From contig JAUVZX010000002.1 of NCBI GenBank assembly GCA_030602345.1, forward strand, positions 71,049-135,048: a DNA stretch of 64,000 nt. The letters run 5' to 3'. Under the pieces are notes generated by a model. That model ran no database searches and was not told the DNA's origin. It worked only from the letters and a program-made list of their open reading frames with translations. Numbering within the stretch: position 1 is the stretch's first letter; every line of letters starts with the position of its first letter. The DNA is from Bacilli bacterium (GTDB taxonomy: Bacteria; Bacillota_I; Bacilli_A; RF39; UBA660). Position numbers and translations under genes: made by a program. Of the stretch, positions 39,518-50,529 are shown in pieces.

Positions 39518-39871
39518 TTACTTTTTTTTGTTTAATAAAAATAATGCTGTTCCAACAATTGCAAAATTAGCAAATGAAACATATATAGAACGACTATTTT
39601 GATATTCTCTATCTTTAGCCCAAATTTCACTCATTGAATATTCTTGAAGACATCTTTCATCTTTTTCTTCTTCTGTTAATTCAGTTTCTTTATCAAAGAA
39701 ATAGTTTTTACAGTTTTGCGCGCGATATTCTTCAAAAGTTAGTGTTGGTTCTTTTACGAGCGTTGTTATGATATTTGTTGATATAGCAAACATTGAACCG
39801 ACCAACCACACAATTAAAACCAAATTAGTAATTCTATGGATTAAGTCTTTGTCTTTAGAAAATAATTCCAT
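39518..39871 (-). CDS. Small two-TM membrane protein (paralog 1 of tandem pair)
   Basis: 117 aa. MELFSKDKDLIHRITNLVLIVW... is paralogous to the adjacent gene (MLFSKEKDLILRITNMVLVLW...). Confidence 0.4.
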   Translation of the reverse strand: MELFSKDKDLIHRITNLVLIVWLVGSMFAISTNIITTLVKEPTLTFEEYRAQNCKNYFFDKETELTEEEKDERCLQEYSMSEIWAKDREYQNSRSIYVSFANFAIVGTALFLLNKKK

Positions 39872-40194
39872 TATTTTTCCTCCTTTTTAAAGTTTAATAC
39901 AAATAATGTACCACCGATTATGATACCCATACTAATAGTTATTAATAAATCTCTATTAGTATATGAAAAGTTCTTTTTAGTAGAAGCTGTATAATCGGCA
40001 TAAAAAGTATCGCATTCAGTTTCTTCTGCATCTTTACAATTTAGAATAGCGAATTCTTCTCTAGTTTGAACTCTTCCCGGCATAGTAAGGCTAATTACAT
40101 TTGAAGCAATTAATACGTTTGCTAAAACAAACCACAATACTAAAACCATATTAGTTATTCGTAAAATAAGATCTTTCTCTTTTGAAAATAACAT
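39871..40194 (-). CDS. Small two-TM membrane protein (paralog 2 of tandem pair)
   Basis: 107 aa; its start codon overlaps the stop of paralog 1; Cys-containing acidic linker between TM segments. Confidence 0.4.
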   Translation of the reverse strand: MLFSKEKDLILRITNMVLVLWFVLANVLIASNVISLTMPGRVQTREEFAILNCKDAEETECDTFYADYTASTKKNFSYTNRDLLITISMGIIIGGTLFVLNFKKEEK

Positions 40195-40276
40195 TTAATC
40201 TCCTCCTAGTATAAGTATATCATATTTTACAAATGCTACAATATATGTTAATATATTTATTAAATAGGAGGCTATC

Positions 40277-40909
40277 ATGGAATTGAAAAAAGTAATCTTA
40301 AAAAGAATTGAAGCCGAAGAAAAATTACACTTATTAAATAAAGACGCAATGGTTAATCCGAAAGAAATTACCTTGGCAAGAGGTAGGTTAATTAGATGGC
40401 TCGGGTATGAATATAAACTTACCAAAGATGTTAAATCAAAAGAAGTCATAAAATCTAAAATAAATATGGAAATTTCTTCTCATAAAGAACACTTAGAATT
40501 AGATATAAACAGAAATAAGAGGCTTCCTCAATCGGTTTTGACTCAAGTGAATAAGGAGTTTGATTTAAGAACAAAAACCATTTTAAACGAGTTTAAAAAG
40601 GTAAAAAATAGTTCTAAAACGATTGATCAAACTATGGGTGTCTTCGACGGAGTAGGAAACATAATGTTACTCCCTGTCACTCTATTAAAGGTTCCAATCG
40701 TAGTAACTTTAACAGCGTTAGGAAAAGTTATGCCTTTTGCAACAACAGTATTAGTTCAACCAATTCATTTGGTTGGTTTGATTTATTCTAAAACGATATC
40801 TTTTAAAACGCCTTATAATAAGATGCCAATTAATGAGTTTGGAGATAAGGTAGGAAATATTATAAAGGCTGGTTTAGATAAAACAAGCGAGGTAATAAGA
40901 AAAATATAA
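40277..40909 (+). CDS. Hypothetical protein with internal hydrophobic segment
   Basis: 210-aa ORF with RBS GGAGG; no motif. Confidence 0.35.
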   Translation: MELKKVILKRIEAEEKLHLLNKDAMVNPKEITLARGRLIRWLGYEYKLTKDVKSKEVIKSKINMEISSHKEHLELDINRNKRLPQSVLTQVNKEFDLRTKTILNEFKKVKNSSKTIDQTMGVFDGVGNIMLLPVTLLKVPIVVTLTALGKVMPFATTVLVQPIHLVGLIYSKTISFKTPYNKMPINEFGDKVGNIIKAGLDKTSEVIRKI

Positions 40910-41187
40910 TGGAAGAAATGAGTATAAAAATTTTAAATTCTTCTAATGAAGAAGTAACTTTAGATATACTATATTCTTTTGTTGACCGAAAAAGTAATAA
41001 GAGTTATATAATTTATACAGATTATACATTAGACAAAGATAGTAATTTTAATTTATTTGCATCTGAAATTATTAATGAAAATGGTAAGTATACATTGTTA
41101 GATATAATAGATAAAAAAGTAAAAGATGAGTTAAAAAATATTTTAAAAGATCTATCAAAACAATTAAGTTTAGAAGAATATTTATAG
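40909..41187 (+). CDS. DUF1292/UPF0473-like small protein
   Basis: 92 aa; the EEVTLDILYSFVDRKSNKSYIIY...YTLLDII pattern resembles DUF1292. Confidence 0.35.
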   Translation: MEEMSIKILNSSNEEVTLDILYSFVDRKSNKSYIIYTDYTLDKDSNFNLFASEIINENGKYTLLDIIDKKVKDELKNILKDLSKQLSLEEYL

Positions 41188-41225
41188 AAATCTTATCTTA
41201 GATAAGATTTTTTGAGGAGTTAAAT

Positions 41226-42218
41226 ATGAAAAAAAATATGATAACGGGAGTTCAACCAACGGGAAGATTGACGTTGGCAAATTATATAGGAGCTTTGAAA
41301 AACTTTGTTGCTATGCAAGAAGAATATAATTCCTATGTTTTTGTCGCGGACTTACATGGATTAACGACATATCAAGAACCAAAGGAATTTAATGAAAGAG
41401 TATTAGAGTTAGCAGCACTATTTTTAGCGTGTGGGATTGATCCTAAAAAAACTACCTTTTTTATTCAAAGTGAAGTTGATGAACATAGTGTGTTAGGTTA
41501 TTTAATTGCTTTTCAATCACGTGTTGGTGAACTTGCAAGAATGACACAATATAAATCTAAAAAAGAAAGTAATTTTAATGGGGGCGTTGATTTAGGATTA
41601 TTCATTTATCCTACACTTATGGCAGCAGACATTTTATTATATGATGCTCATATTGTTCCTGTTGGAGCAGATCAAAAGCAGCATATTGAAATAACTAGAG
41701 ATTTGGCAGAGAGATTTAATAAAAAATACTCAGATATATTTGTTTTACCAGATCATAGCATTCCTAAAATAGGAGCTAGAATAATGAATTTACAAAATCC
41801 AGAAGAAAAAATGAGTAAATCAGCTCCAGAAAATGACAAGGGAACACTTTTTCTTTTAGATGATTTAGATTCTATCAGAAAAAAAATAATGTCTGCTAAA
41901 ACAGATTCAGACAATATAATAAAATATGATGTTGATAATAAACCAGGAATATCGAATTTGATGACCATTATGTCTGTTTTATCAGGAATGACGTTTAAAG
42001 AAATAGAAGATAAATATAAAGATGCAAATTATGGAACATTTAAAAAAGAAGTTGCAGATGTGGTAGTTTTAAAAATATCAGAGATTCAAGATAAGTATAA
42101 TGAAGTGCGTCAAAGTGGAGAACTTAAAAATATTTTAAAAGAAGGTGCAGAAAAAGCCAGAAAAGTAGCAAAAGCCAAATTAGAAAAAATAAAAGAAGTT
42201 CACGGAATAAGTTATTAA
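41226..42218 (+). CDS. trpS: Tryptophan--tRNA ligase
   Basis: TGVQPTGRLTLANYIGA (HIGH-equivalent), GADQKQH and KMSKS motifs; 330 aa. Confidence 0.9.
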   Translation: MKKNMITGVQPTGRLTLANYIGALKNFVAMQEEYNSYVFVADLHGLTTYQEPKEFNERVLELAALFLACGIDPKKTTFFIQSEVDEHSVLGYLIAFQSRVGELARMTQYKSKKESNFNGGVDLGLFIYPTLMAADILLYDAHIVPVGADQKQHIEITRDLAERFNKKYSDIFVLPDHSIPKIGARIMNLQNPEEKMSKSAPENDKGTLFLLDDLDSIRKKIMSAKTDSDNIIKYDVDNKPGISNLMTIMSVLSGMTFKEIEDKYKDANYGTFKKEVADVVVLKISEIQDKYNEVRQSGELKNILKEGAEKARKVAKAKLEKIKEVHGISY

Positions 42219-42224
42219 GAATTG

Positions 42225-42440
42225 ACAATAACTTAGTAAAAATAATATAATTAATTTGTTAAACGAAGATCAAGAGGAGTAAATTTGATTTCTATAAAGA
42301 GAGGAAAACATAGGTGTGAGTTTTCTTAGAAAAATAATTGAAGGTTGCTTGGGAGTTATTCGCATATATGCGTTAAATATAAGAGAAAAAATTAAGGTGG
42401 TACCACGTAATCACGTCCTTATTGGATGTGATTTTTTATT
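42225..42440 (+). promoter_or_regulatory. T-box riboswitch leader
   Basis: T-box sequence AATTAAGGTGGTACCACG (42390-42408) overlaps the terminator ATCACGTCCTTATTGGATGTGAT+T6. Stem-I-like AGAGAGG/GGTGTGAG elements lie upstream. The specifier codon was not decoded. Confidence 0.7.
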
Positions 42441-42453
42441 GGAAGGAGAAATT

Positions 42454-44862
42454 ATGTTAGAGAATAAGTATAATCATTTGATTAATGAAGAAAAATGGAT
42501 GAAAAAATGGAAAGAGGAAAATACATATCAATTTAAAGTTGATGGCAGAAAAATATTTTCAATAGATACTCCTCCTCCAACTGTAAACGGTAAAATACAT
42601 ATTGGTCATATCTTTTCGTATTCACAAACAGAAATGGTTGCCAGATATAAAAGATTAAGAGATTTTAATGTCTTTTATCCTTTTGGTTTTGATGATAACG
42701 GTTTACCTAGTGAAAGATTAGTAGAAAAAGAAGTTGGTAAAAAGGCTAGCGAAATAGGACGTGAAGAGTTCAATAAACTTTGTATAGAAACCACAAATCG
42801 CTATGAAGAAGAGTTCAAATTGCTATTTAGCAAAATGGGAGTAAGTACAGATTGGGATTTAGCATATAAAACAGTTAGTCCAGAAACTATTAAAATTAGT
42901 CAATCATCTTTCTTGGATTTGGTAAGCAAGAATCACGCTTATCATAAAGAAAGCCCTGCTCTTTGGTGTAATGAGTGTTTAACTTCAATTGCACAAGCAG
43001 AACTAGAAACAAAAAGAGTCGAAACGACTTTCAACTATATTAATTTTGATGCAGATGGAGAAAAATTTACGATTGCTACCACTAGACCAGAATTATTACC
43101 AGCGATAGTAGCGGTATTTATTAATCCGGATGATTCAAAAAATAAACATTTAATAGGAAAAGAAGCCAATATTCCTTTAATCAACATTAAAGTTCCAATA
43201 ATGGGTGATGATAAAGTTGATCCAGAAAAAGGAACAGGAATAGTAATGTGTTGTACTTTTGGCGATCAAACAGATATTGAATGGTGGAAAAAATATAATT
43301 TGCCACTAAAAAATATATTTTCTAATGAAGGTTTTTTAAATTCAAATGCCGGAGCATATGAAGGACTTAGAATCAAACAAGCAAGAAAAAAAATTGTGGA
43401 AGATTTACAAGAATTAGAATGTATAGTTAAGATAGAGCCGCTAGAGCATGATGTTCAAGTTCATGAAAGATGTGGCAAAGAAATAGAATATACAATTATA
43501 AAGCAATGGTTCATTGATTTAATAAATTATAAAGAAGACTTTTTGAAAAAAGGTGAAGAAATAAACTGGTACCCAGAACATATGTCTAAAAGATATAAAG
43601 AATGGGTTGAAAATGTCATGTGGGATTGGTGTATATCAAGACAAAGATATTTTGGTGTTCCTTTCCCGGTTTGGTATTGCCAAGAATGCGGTAAACCACA
43701 TTTTGCAAGAATAGAAGATTTACCTGTAAATCCTCTTGTAGATAAACCAAGTAGTGTATGTAGCTGTGGTTCAAGTAATTTTATTCCGGAAAAAGACGTC
43801 ATGGATACTTGGGCAACATCATCGGTAACTCCATTGATAAATATGCGATATGGGTCAGAAAATAATTATGAAAAAGAATTAAGACCTATGAGTTTAAGAA
43901 GTAATGCTTCAGAAATAATTAGAACTTGGGACTTTTATACAATTGTAAAAAGCTTTTATCACTTTAATGAAATTCCTTGGGAAAATGTTATGATATCTGG
44001 CTTTGTAATGGCCGATAAGGGTGAGAAAATATCTAAGTCTAAAGAAAATAGTAAACAAGAGCCATTTGAATTAATTAATAATTATTCTGCAGACGTCATA
44101 AGATATTGGGCTGCAAGTGGAAGACTAGGAACAGACATAGTTTTCTCTGAAGAAACATTACTCAGAGGGAAGAAACTATTAAATAAACTATGGAATGTTT
44201 CCAAATTTATCGAAATGCACCTTCAAGACTATGATAAAGAAACTAAGTTAGATAACTTAGAGTACTTTGATAAATGGATACTGGCTAAATATTCAGAAAT
44301 GGAAAAGCAATATATTAATTATATGGATGAATATGAAGTTGGTCTCGCACTAAATATTTTAGAAAAATTCTTTTGGAATTTTTGTGATAACTATATAGAA
44401 ATAGTAAAACATAGACTATATCGTCCAGAAGAATTTGGAGCTGAAAAACGCTTATCAGGACAATATACAGTTTATACAATTTTATTTAAATTATTGCAAA
44501 AGATGTCTATATTTTTTCCTTTTATGACGGAAGAAATATTTAGAGAACTATATGAAGATACATCTATTCATAATACTGTTATTGAAGAACTAATTGTTAA
44601 TAAAGATGAATTAGAAACAGGAGATTATTTAAATGAAATAATTGGTCATGTTCGCGGGGAAAAAAGCAGCAATAATACATCTTTAAAAACATCTGTTTCA
44701 TATATAGAGATAGAAGCTAATAAAAATATTATTAATGCTTTTAACGAAGCAATAATGGATTTAAAAGCAACTTTATTTATAAATGAGTTATCATTAATAG
44801 AAAAAGAGTCAATTAATTATAATATAAACAAAATAGAATTGGAGTTTGACAAAGATAAATAA
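42454..44862 (+). CDS. valS: Class I aminoacyl-tRNA synthetase, most likely valine--tRNA ligase
   Basis: PPPTVNGKIHIGH (HIGH), YPFGFDDNGLP, the editing-domain-like HERCGKEIEY..QWFI, KISKSKEN (KMSKS), and an anticodon-binding C-terminus. The choice among ValRS, IleRS and LeuRS is not certain from motifs alone. Confidence 0.6.
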   Translation: MLENKYNHLINEEKWMKKWKEENTYQFKVDGRKIFSIDTPPPTVNGKIHIGHIFSYSQTEMVARYKRLRDFNVFYPFGFDDNGLPSERLVEKEVGKKASEIGREEFNKLCIETTNRYEEEFKLLFSKMGVSTDWDLAYKTVSPETIKISQSSFLDLVSKNHAYHKESPALWCNECLTSIAQAELETKRVETTFNYINFDADGEKFTIATTRPELLPAIVAVFINPDDSKNKHLIGKEANIPLINIKVPIMGDDKVDPEKGTGIVMCCTFGDQTDIEWWKKYNLPLKNIFSNEGFLNSNAGAYEGLRIKQARKKIVEDLQELECIVKIEPLEHDVQVHERCGKEIEYTIIKQWFIDLINYKEDFLKKGEEINWYPEHMSKRYKEWVENVMWDWCISRQRYFGVPFPVWYCQECGKPHFARIEDLPVNPLVDKPSSVCSCGSSNFIPEKDVMDTWATSSVTPLINMRYGSENNYEKELRPMSLRSNASEIIRTWDFYTIVKSFYHFNEIPWENVMISGFVMADKGEKISKSKENSKQEPFELINNYSADVIRYWAASGRLGTDIVFSEETLLRGKKLLNKLWNVSKFIEMHLQDYDKETKLDNLEYFDKWILAKYSEMEKQYINYMDEYEVGLALNILEKFFWNFCDNYIEIVKHRLYRPEEFGAEKRLSGQYTVYTILFKLLQKMSIFFPFMTEEIFRELYEDTSIHNTVIEELIVNKDELETGDYLNEIIGHVRGEKSSNNTSLKTSVSYIEIEANKNIINAFNEAIMDLKATLFINELSLIEKESINYNINKIELEFDKDK

Positions 44863-44890
44863 TATGTTAATATATTTAACGAACTTATAA

Positions 44891-46108
<1,218 letters not shown>

Positions 46109-46109
46109 T

Positions 46110-47147
46110 ATGACAACAAATGATTTTGACTTTGAATTAGATGAGAGTTTAATTGCACAAACACCTCCTTTAAAAAGAAGTGATTCTAGATTAATGATTG
46201 TTAATAAAAATGAAAAAGATATATATCATCATAATTTTAACGATATATATGATTATTTAAAAAAAGGTGATGTTTTAGTTTTAAACAACACAAAAGTTAT
46301 TCCAGCACGATTGTATGGAATTAAAAAAGATACAAATGCCCATGTCGAAATTTTAATTTTAAAAATAGGAACTAATGATAATGTAGAATGTTTAGTAGGA
46401 AATGCTAAGAAAGTTAAAGAAGGAACCGAGATTATAATAGGCGATGGCTTAATTAAAGCTGTATGCCTAGAAATAAAAGAAGAAGGAATAAGAGTATTTA
46501 AATTTATCTATGATGGCATTTTATTAGAAGTATTAGAAAAAATAGGTACGATGCCCCTTCCTCCTTATATAAAGGAAAAATTATTGGATAATAATCGCTA
46601 TCAAACTGTATATGCAAAATATAACGGTAGTGCAGCTGCCCCAACAGCAGGACTTCATTTTACCGAAGAACTAATAGATAGATTAAAAGAAAAAGGCGTA
46701 ATTTTTGCAGAAGTGACTCTTCATGTTGGACTGGGTACATTTAAACCAGTATCAATTGATGACTTTTCAAAACACAAAATGCATGAAGAAGAGTATGAAA
46801 TGAGTAATGAAACGGCGACCATTTTAAATCTTGCCAAAAAAGAGAACAGAAGAATTATTGCAGTTGGAACAACGAGTTTAAGAACTCTAGAAACAATATA
46901 TAGTCAACATAACGAATTTAAAGAACAAAGTGGAGTAACTAGTATTTTCATATATCCAGGTTATGAAATAAAATCAATTGATGGTTTAGTAACTAACTTT
47001 CATTTACCTAAATCAACATTAATTATGTTAGTTAGTGCTTTGGCAGGTATTGAGACAATTAAAAACGCTTATTCAATCGCAATTAAAGAAAGATATAGAT
47101 TCTTTTCATTCGGCGACAGTATGTTTATAACTCACCTTGACAATTAA
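46110..47147 (+). CDS. queA: S-adenosylmethionine:tRNA ribosyltransferase-isomerase
   Basis: [24 protein letters not shown]...[12 protein letters not shown] match QueA. Confidence 0.9.
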   Translation: MTTNDFDFELDESLIAQTPPLKRSDSRLMIVNKNEKDIYHHNFNDIYDYLKKGDVLVLNNTKVIPARLYGIKKDTNAHVEILILKIGTNDNVECLVGNAKKVKEGTEIIIGDGLIKAVCLEIKEEGIRVFKFIYDGILLEVLEKIGTMPLPPYIKEKLLDNNRYQTVYAKYNGSAAAPTAGLHFTEELIDRLKEKGVIFAEVTLHVGLGTFKPVSIDDFSKHKMHEEEYEMSNETATILNLAKKENRRIIAVGTTSLRTLETIYSQHNEFKEQSGVTSIFIYPGYEIKSIDGLVTNFHLPKSTLIMLVSALAGIETIKNAYSIAIKERYRFFSFGDSMFITHLDN

Positions 47148-47185
47148 ATAAAAACAATTATAATAATTAGTGCTTAGGAGGACAT

Positions 47186-47887
47186 ATGAACGGACAAGAA
47201 ACTTTAGGATTGTTTATTGAAGAAGTAAATAAATTTGCTAAAATAAATGATCATCACATCGAAAAAAGACAAAAAGTAGTAGGAATGATGAAATATACTT
47301 ATCTTGCTAAAATGGATGAAAAAGAAATTACATTTTTCCCCAAAATATCGCAAGCAGGAATATCTCGTGCAGTACATTTTATTGAAGAAGAAATAAAGAA
47401 AAACGAAATTAAAATATTTAAGGCTTATAAAGATAAAGTAGATTATTTATTTCTTATGGATGCCTATAATGATAATTATAATTTAAGAACGGTATATGAG
47501 TTTTTGTTGAAAATTGATAATAAAAAAATTAATCAAAAAATCTCTATTTTTAATGAAGAATTAAATGAATTGAATATTATAAGAGATGAAGACCAAAAAG
47601 AGGTTTCGAAAAATATGATTGTTAAAGAAAAACAAGAACAAATAATTTGTTTGATATCAAATAAATTCAACATAAATATGTGTCAAAACAAAGGTATGCA
47701 AGAAGATATGATTTTTGGAAAAGAAGAAGCTAGATTAAATCAAGCAATTCAAGATGAAAAATTAATAATTAAAAACTTCAAAGAAGAAATAAGCAAAGCT
47801 ATAATGGACTTGCATAATATAATTATCGAATCTCAAAAATACAAAGAGAAATTAAAAAAAGAAGGAAGTTACCTTAGTTTATTTTAA
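47186..47887 (+). CDS. Hypothetical protein
   Basis: 233-aa ORF with RBS AGGAGG; terminator after the stop. Confidence 0.35.
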   Translation: MNGQETLGLFIEEVNKFAKINDHHIEKRQKVVGMMKYTYLAKMDEKEITFFPKISQAGISRAVHFIEEEIKKNEIKIFKAYKDKVDYLFLMDAYNDNYNLRTVYEFLLKIDNKKINQKISIFNEELNELNIIRDEDQKEVSKNMIVKEKQEQIICLISNKFNINMCQNKGMQEDMIFGKEEARLNQAIQDEKLIIKNFKEEISKAIMDLHNIIIESQKYKEKLKKEGSYLSLF

Positions 47888-47898
47888 AAGAAAAAACC

Positions 47899-48399
47899 CT
47901 ATATTAATATAGGGTTTTTTAATTTACCAAATTCAGAATAATAATTATCTTCTATTTCTTCTTTTAATTCTTCATAAACATCATTTTTTACTAAATGTTT
48001 GTTCTTATCTAATAAGAATAATTTTGCAAGTTTTTCTCTAATCATCAATTCATCTAATTCAAATTCATTTTTTAAATTAAAATCATTAACTAATTTATCT
48101 ACCACTGTATTTTCTAACATGTTTTTAGACAAATTTAAATTTAATTTTCTTATCAGTTGTTCTTCGTCAGATACAATAAAAGATATTTCATCTTTAATAT
48201 ATTTAAGTAAGAATATATATTCTTCTTTTTCGAATAAAGATTTATTAGCTTCCAAGGCTGAAACTTTAGTTTTTAACTCATAGTTTTCATTTTTCGGATC
48301 GAAGAGATTACTATATATAACTCTTTTAACTTCATGAGCCTTATTTGCATCTGCCAACATTTTTAAAATTTCTTGTTTTGAAACTTTTTTTGTTTTCAT
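47899..48399 (-). CDS. Hypothetical protein
   Basis: 166-aa ORF convergent with the upstream gene. Confidence 0.35.
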   Translation of the reverse strand: MKTKKVSKQEILKMLADANKAHEVKRVIYSNLFDPKNENYELKTKVSALEANKSLFEKEEYIFLLKYIKDEISFIVSDEEQLIRKLNLNLSKNMLENTVVDKLVNDFNLKNEFELDELMIREKLAKLFLLDKNKHLVKNDVYEELKEEIEDNYYSEFGKLKNPILI

Positions 48400-48653
48400 A
48401 ATATTTTTTTAAAAAATACTCCTTCTAATTTCATAATGAAATTGAGATTATTATAGCATATTTTTATAAAAATGCAAATTAGCATTGTTTAGAAAAATAA
48501 AATACTATATAATAAAATTATAGTTAATTTAAATTGACAATTTTAAAATAACTATTATAATAAATGATATCAAATTGAAAGGGGAGTAAACTTAATTTTA
48601 ATCAAAATTATGAGTTTATCGCCTTTTTTTGTTAAGAAGGCAGGAGGAAAGAA

Positions 48654-50528
48654 ATGGCAAAAAGCAAAGCAAAAAAAGAAGAAAAAGTTTTAAATAAAAC
48701 CTTAATCTTTTTTATAAGGGTATTGAAAGAAGAGGGATTTATAAGCACTTGGTCAGAAGCGGCAAAAATATATTTTGCTATTGAGGGAGAAGAAATAACT
48801 CCTAATAAATTAGCGATGAGAGCAAAATCCGCGTTAGCTTCCGATGGTGTAGAAACTAATTTATTTTTTGAGTATTGTTCATTGAAATCAAAATTAAAGA
48901 AATTGATAGAAGTAACAAAAGAAAAAGAAGAGATAAAAGAAGAAACTGAGGTAGCGGAAACCAAACTAAAAGTTTTAGCAAACGATGCTACTGCTGTAAG
49001 TTTTTCGATAAAATTTGAGGACTTAGAACCAGTTTTTGGTGTTGATTTGGAAAACGATCCAATTGACACTATAAGATATAAAATTAATCAAAAAATCAAT
49101 GATGATAAATTCTTATTAGAATATATTGGACTTGATCCGTACATAAATACTATTGAGTCTCGTAAATTTGGTTCTTGGACTACTGTAGTTAAAGAAAAAG
49201 ACTCTATGGGAATAGAACAAGCAAGATTGATTGCCAATCAAAAGTTTGAAATAGTAATTAAGAAGAAAAAGAATATCGTTGGATATCCTACTAGAGAAGA
49301 CTTTGTTAAATTTTTGGAAGATTTCCTAAAAGAAAGAGGAATAACTCCGTTTGATCTTTTTGAAAACAATTATAAAACTTTTAAGTCTGAAGAACATCCT
49401 GTCTTAAATGAAAATTTAATAATGGTTTCTCCGGGATTAGAATTACATCTTGGTAAACTGGGAAGCTTAGCAGATTTTGAAGATTATTCAACAAAACAAG
49501 CAATGTGGAGAATCAAAAAAGTTACAGAAGAAATAGTTAAGTATCAATTGATGGTTGGGGCAGCTCAATTTACAATGGGTATCGGAAATGACTTCTTTAA
49601 TTCAGATACTGTTGATGACAAAACAACTGCAGGTACTCCGCAAAATAATGATAGTAGATATAAAGAAACTTATTTATGGGGTAAAGTAGGAATGGTTTCT
49701 ATGATTGAAACTTTGAAAATGTTTTTCAACAAGATTGTCTTAAAACATAATCCAGGAAACCATGATGAAAAATCTAGTTTTAGTTTATTTAGTCATATAT
49801 ATGATATATATTCAATGACGGAAGACCCTAAAGTTTCAGTACCATTTACTTTTGAAGATATAAGATTTACAACTATTCAAGAATTTGGGGATAACTTATT
49901 AGTATTCTCGCATGGTAATAGTCCGGGAACCAAAAATTTAAATGATGCTGATTTAGCTAAAGCTGTTAAGTATCAATATCCAGAACAATATAATAAAGCC
50001 AAAAATGTATATGTATTCGCAGGTCATCTTCATACAGATCGCGAGAATAAATATGATAAAGTAACAGTAATTAGAACAGCTTCGTTGTCAGGAATTGAAA
50101 ACTGGCATGCAGCAAATGCTTATATTGGACAACGACAAGGTCATTCAGTTTATCTATTTGACAAAGAAAGAGGATATGTTGGTAAACACGTAATCACTCT
50201 TACTGAAAAAGATAAATTAGCTAAAATTTCTAGTATGCCAAGAAATAATAAAATTGACATCAACAAAGGAATGAAAAAAGCTCTAGATTTAAATGCCGAA
50301 AGTTCTAAGACAATGTTATTGGCTAAAAAAATTAAAGAAATTAACGAGCATTTAAAAGCAACGCATGAAGATTTCAATGATCGTTTAAAAGAAATTTTAG
50401 TTATTTTAGGAATAAAAAATATTACTGAAGAACAAGTTAGAGAAATTATTAATATCATGGGTTATGAAGAAAAAACAAAACCAGCTAGACTAGAACTTAA
50501 ATATATTGAAAAGGCAACAACAAAATAA
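48654..50528 (+). CDS. Metallophosphoesterase (calcineurin-fold, Mre11/SbcD-like motifs) with a long N-terminal domain of unknown function
   Basis: Motifs ELHLG (I), GIGNDFF (II), HNPGNHDE (III) and VFAGHLH (GHxH); the N-terminal about 250 aa are unassigned. Confidence 0.5.
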   Translation: MAKSKAKKEEKVLNKTLIFFIRVLKEEGFISTWSEAAKIYFAIEGEEITPNKLAMRAKSALASDGVETNLFFEYCSLKSKLKKLIEVTKEKEEIKEETEVAETKLKVLANDATAVSFSIKFEDLEPVFGVDLENDPIDTIRYKINQKINDDKFLLEYIGLDPYINTIESRKFGSWTTVVKEKDSMGIEQARLIANQKFEIVIKKKKNIVGYPTREDFVKFLEDFLKERGITPFDLFENNYKTFKSEEHPVLNENLIMVSPGLELHLGKLGSLADFEDYSTKQAMWRIKKVTEEIVKYQLMVGAAQFTMGIGNDFFNSDTVDDKTTAGTPQNNDSRYKETYLWGKVGMVSMIETLKMFFNKIVLKHNPGNHDEKSSFSLFSHIYDIYSMTEDPKVSVPFTFEDIRFTTIQEFGDNLLVFSHGNSPGTKNLNDADLAKAVKYQYPEQYNKAKNVYVFAGHLHTDRENKYDKVTVIRTASLSGIENWHAANAYIGQRQGHSVYLFDKERGYVGKHVITLTEKDKLAKISSMPRNNKIDINKGMKKALDLNAESSKTMLLAKKIKEINEHLKATHEDFNDRLKEILVILGIKNITEEQVREIINIMGYEEKTKPARLELKYIEKATTK

Positions 50529-50529
50529 T

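Noticed and set aside
40195-40449. 84-aa minus-strand ORF
   Set aside because: It overlaps the promoter and 5' end of the plus-strand 40277 gene and starts inside the stop region of the paralog pair, so it is likely spurious.
41188-41225. Possible T-box before trpS
   Set aside because: The intergenic region is only 38 bp and has no T-box sequence; trpS appears to be co-transcribed or simply promoted.
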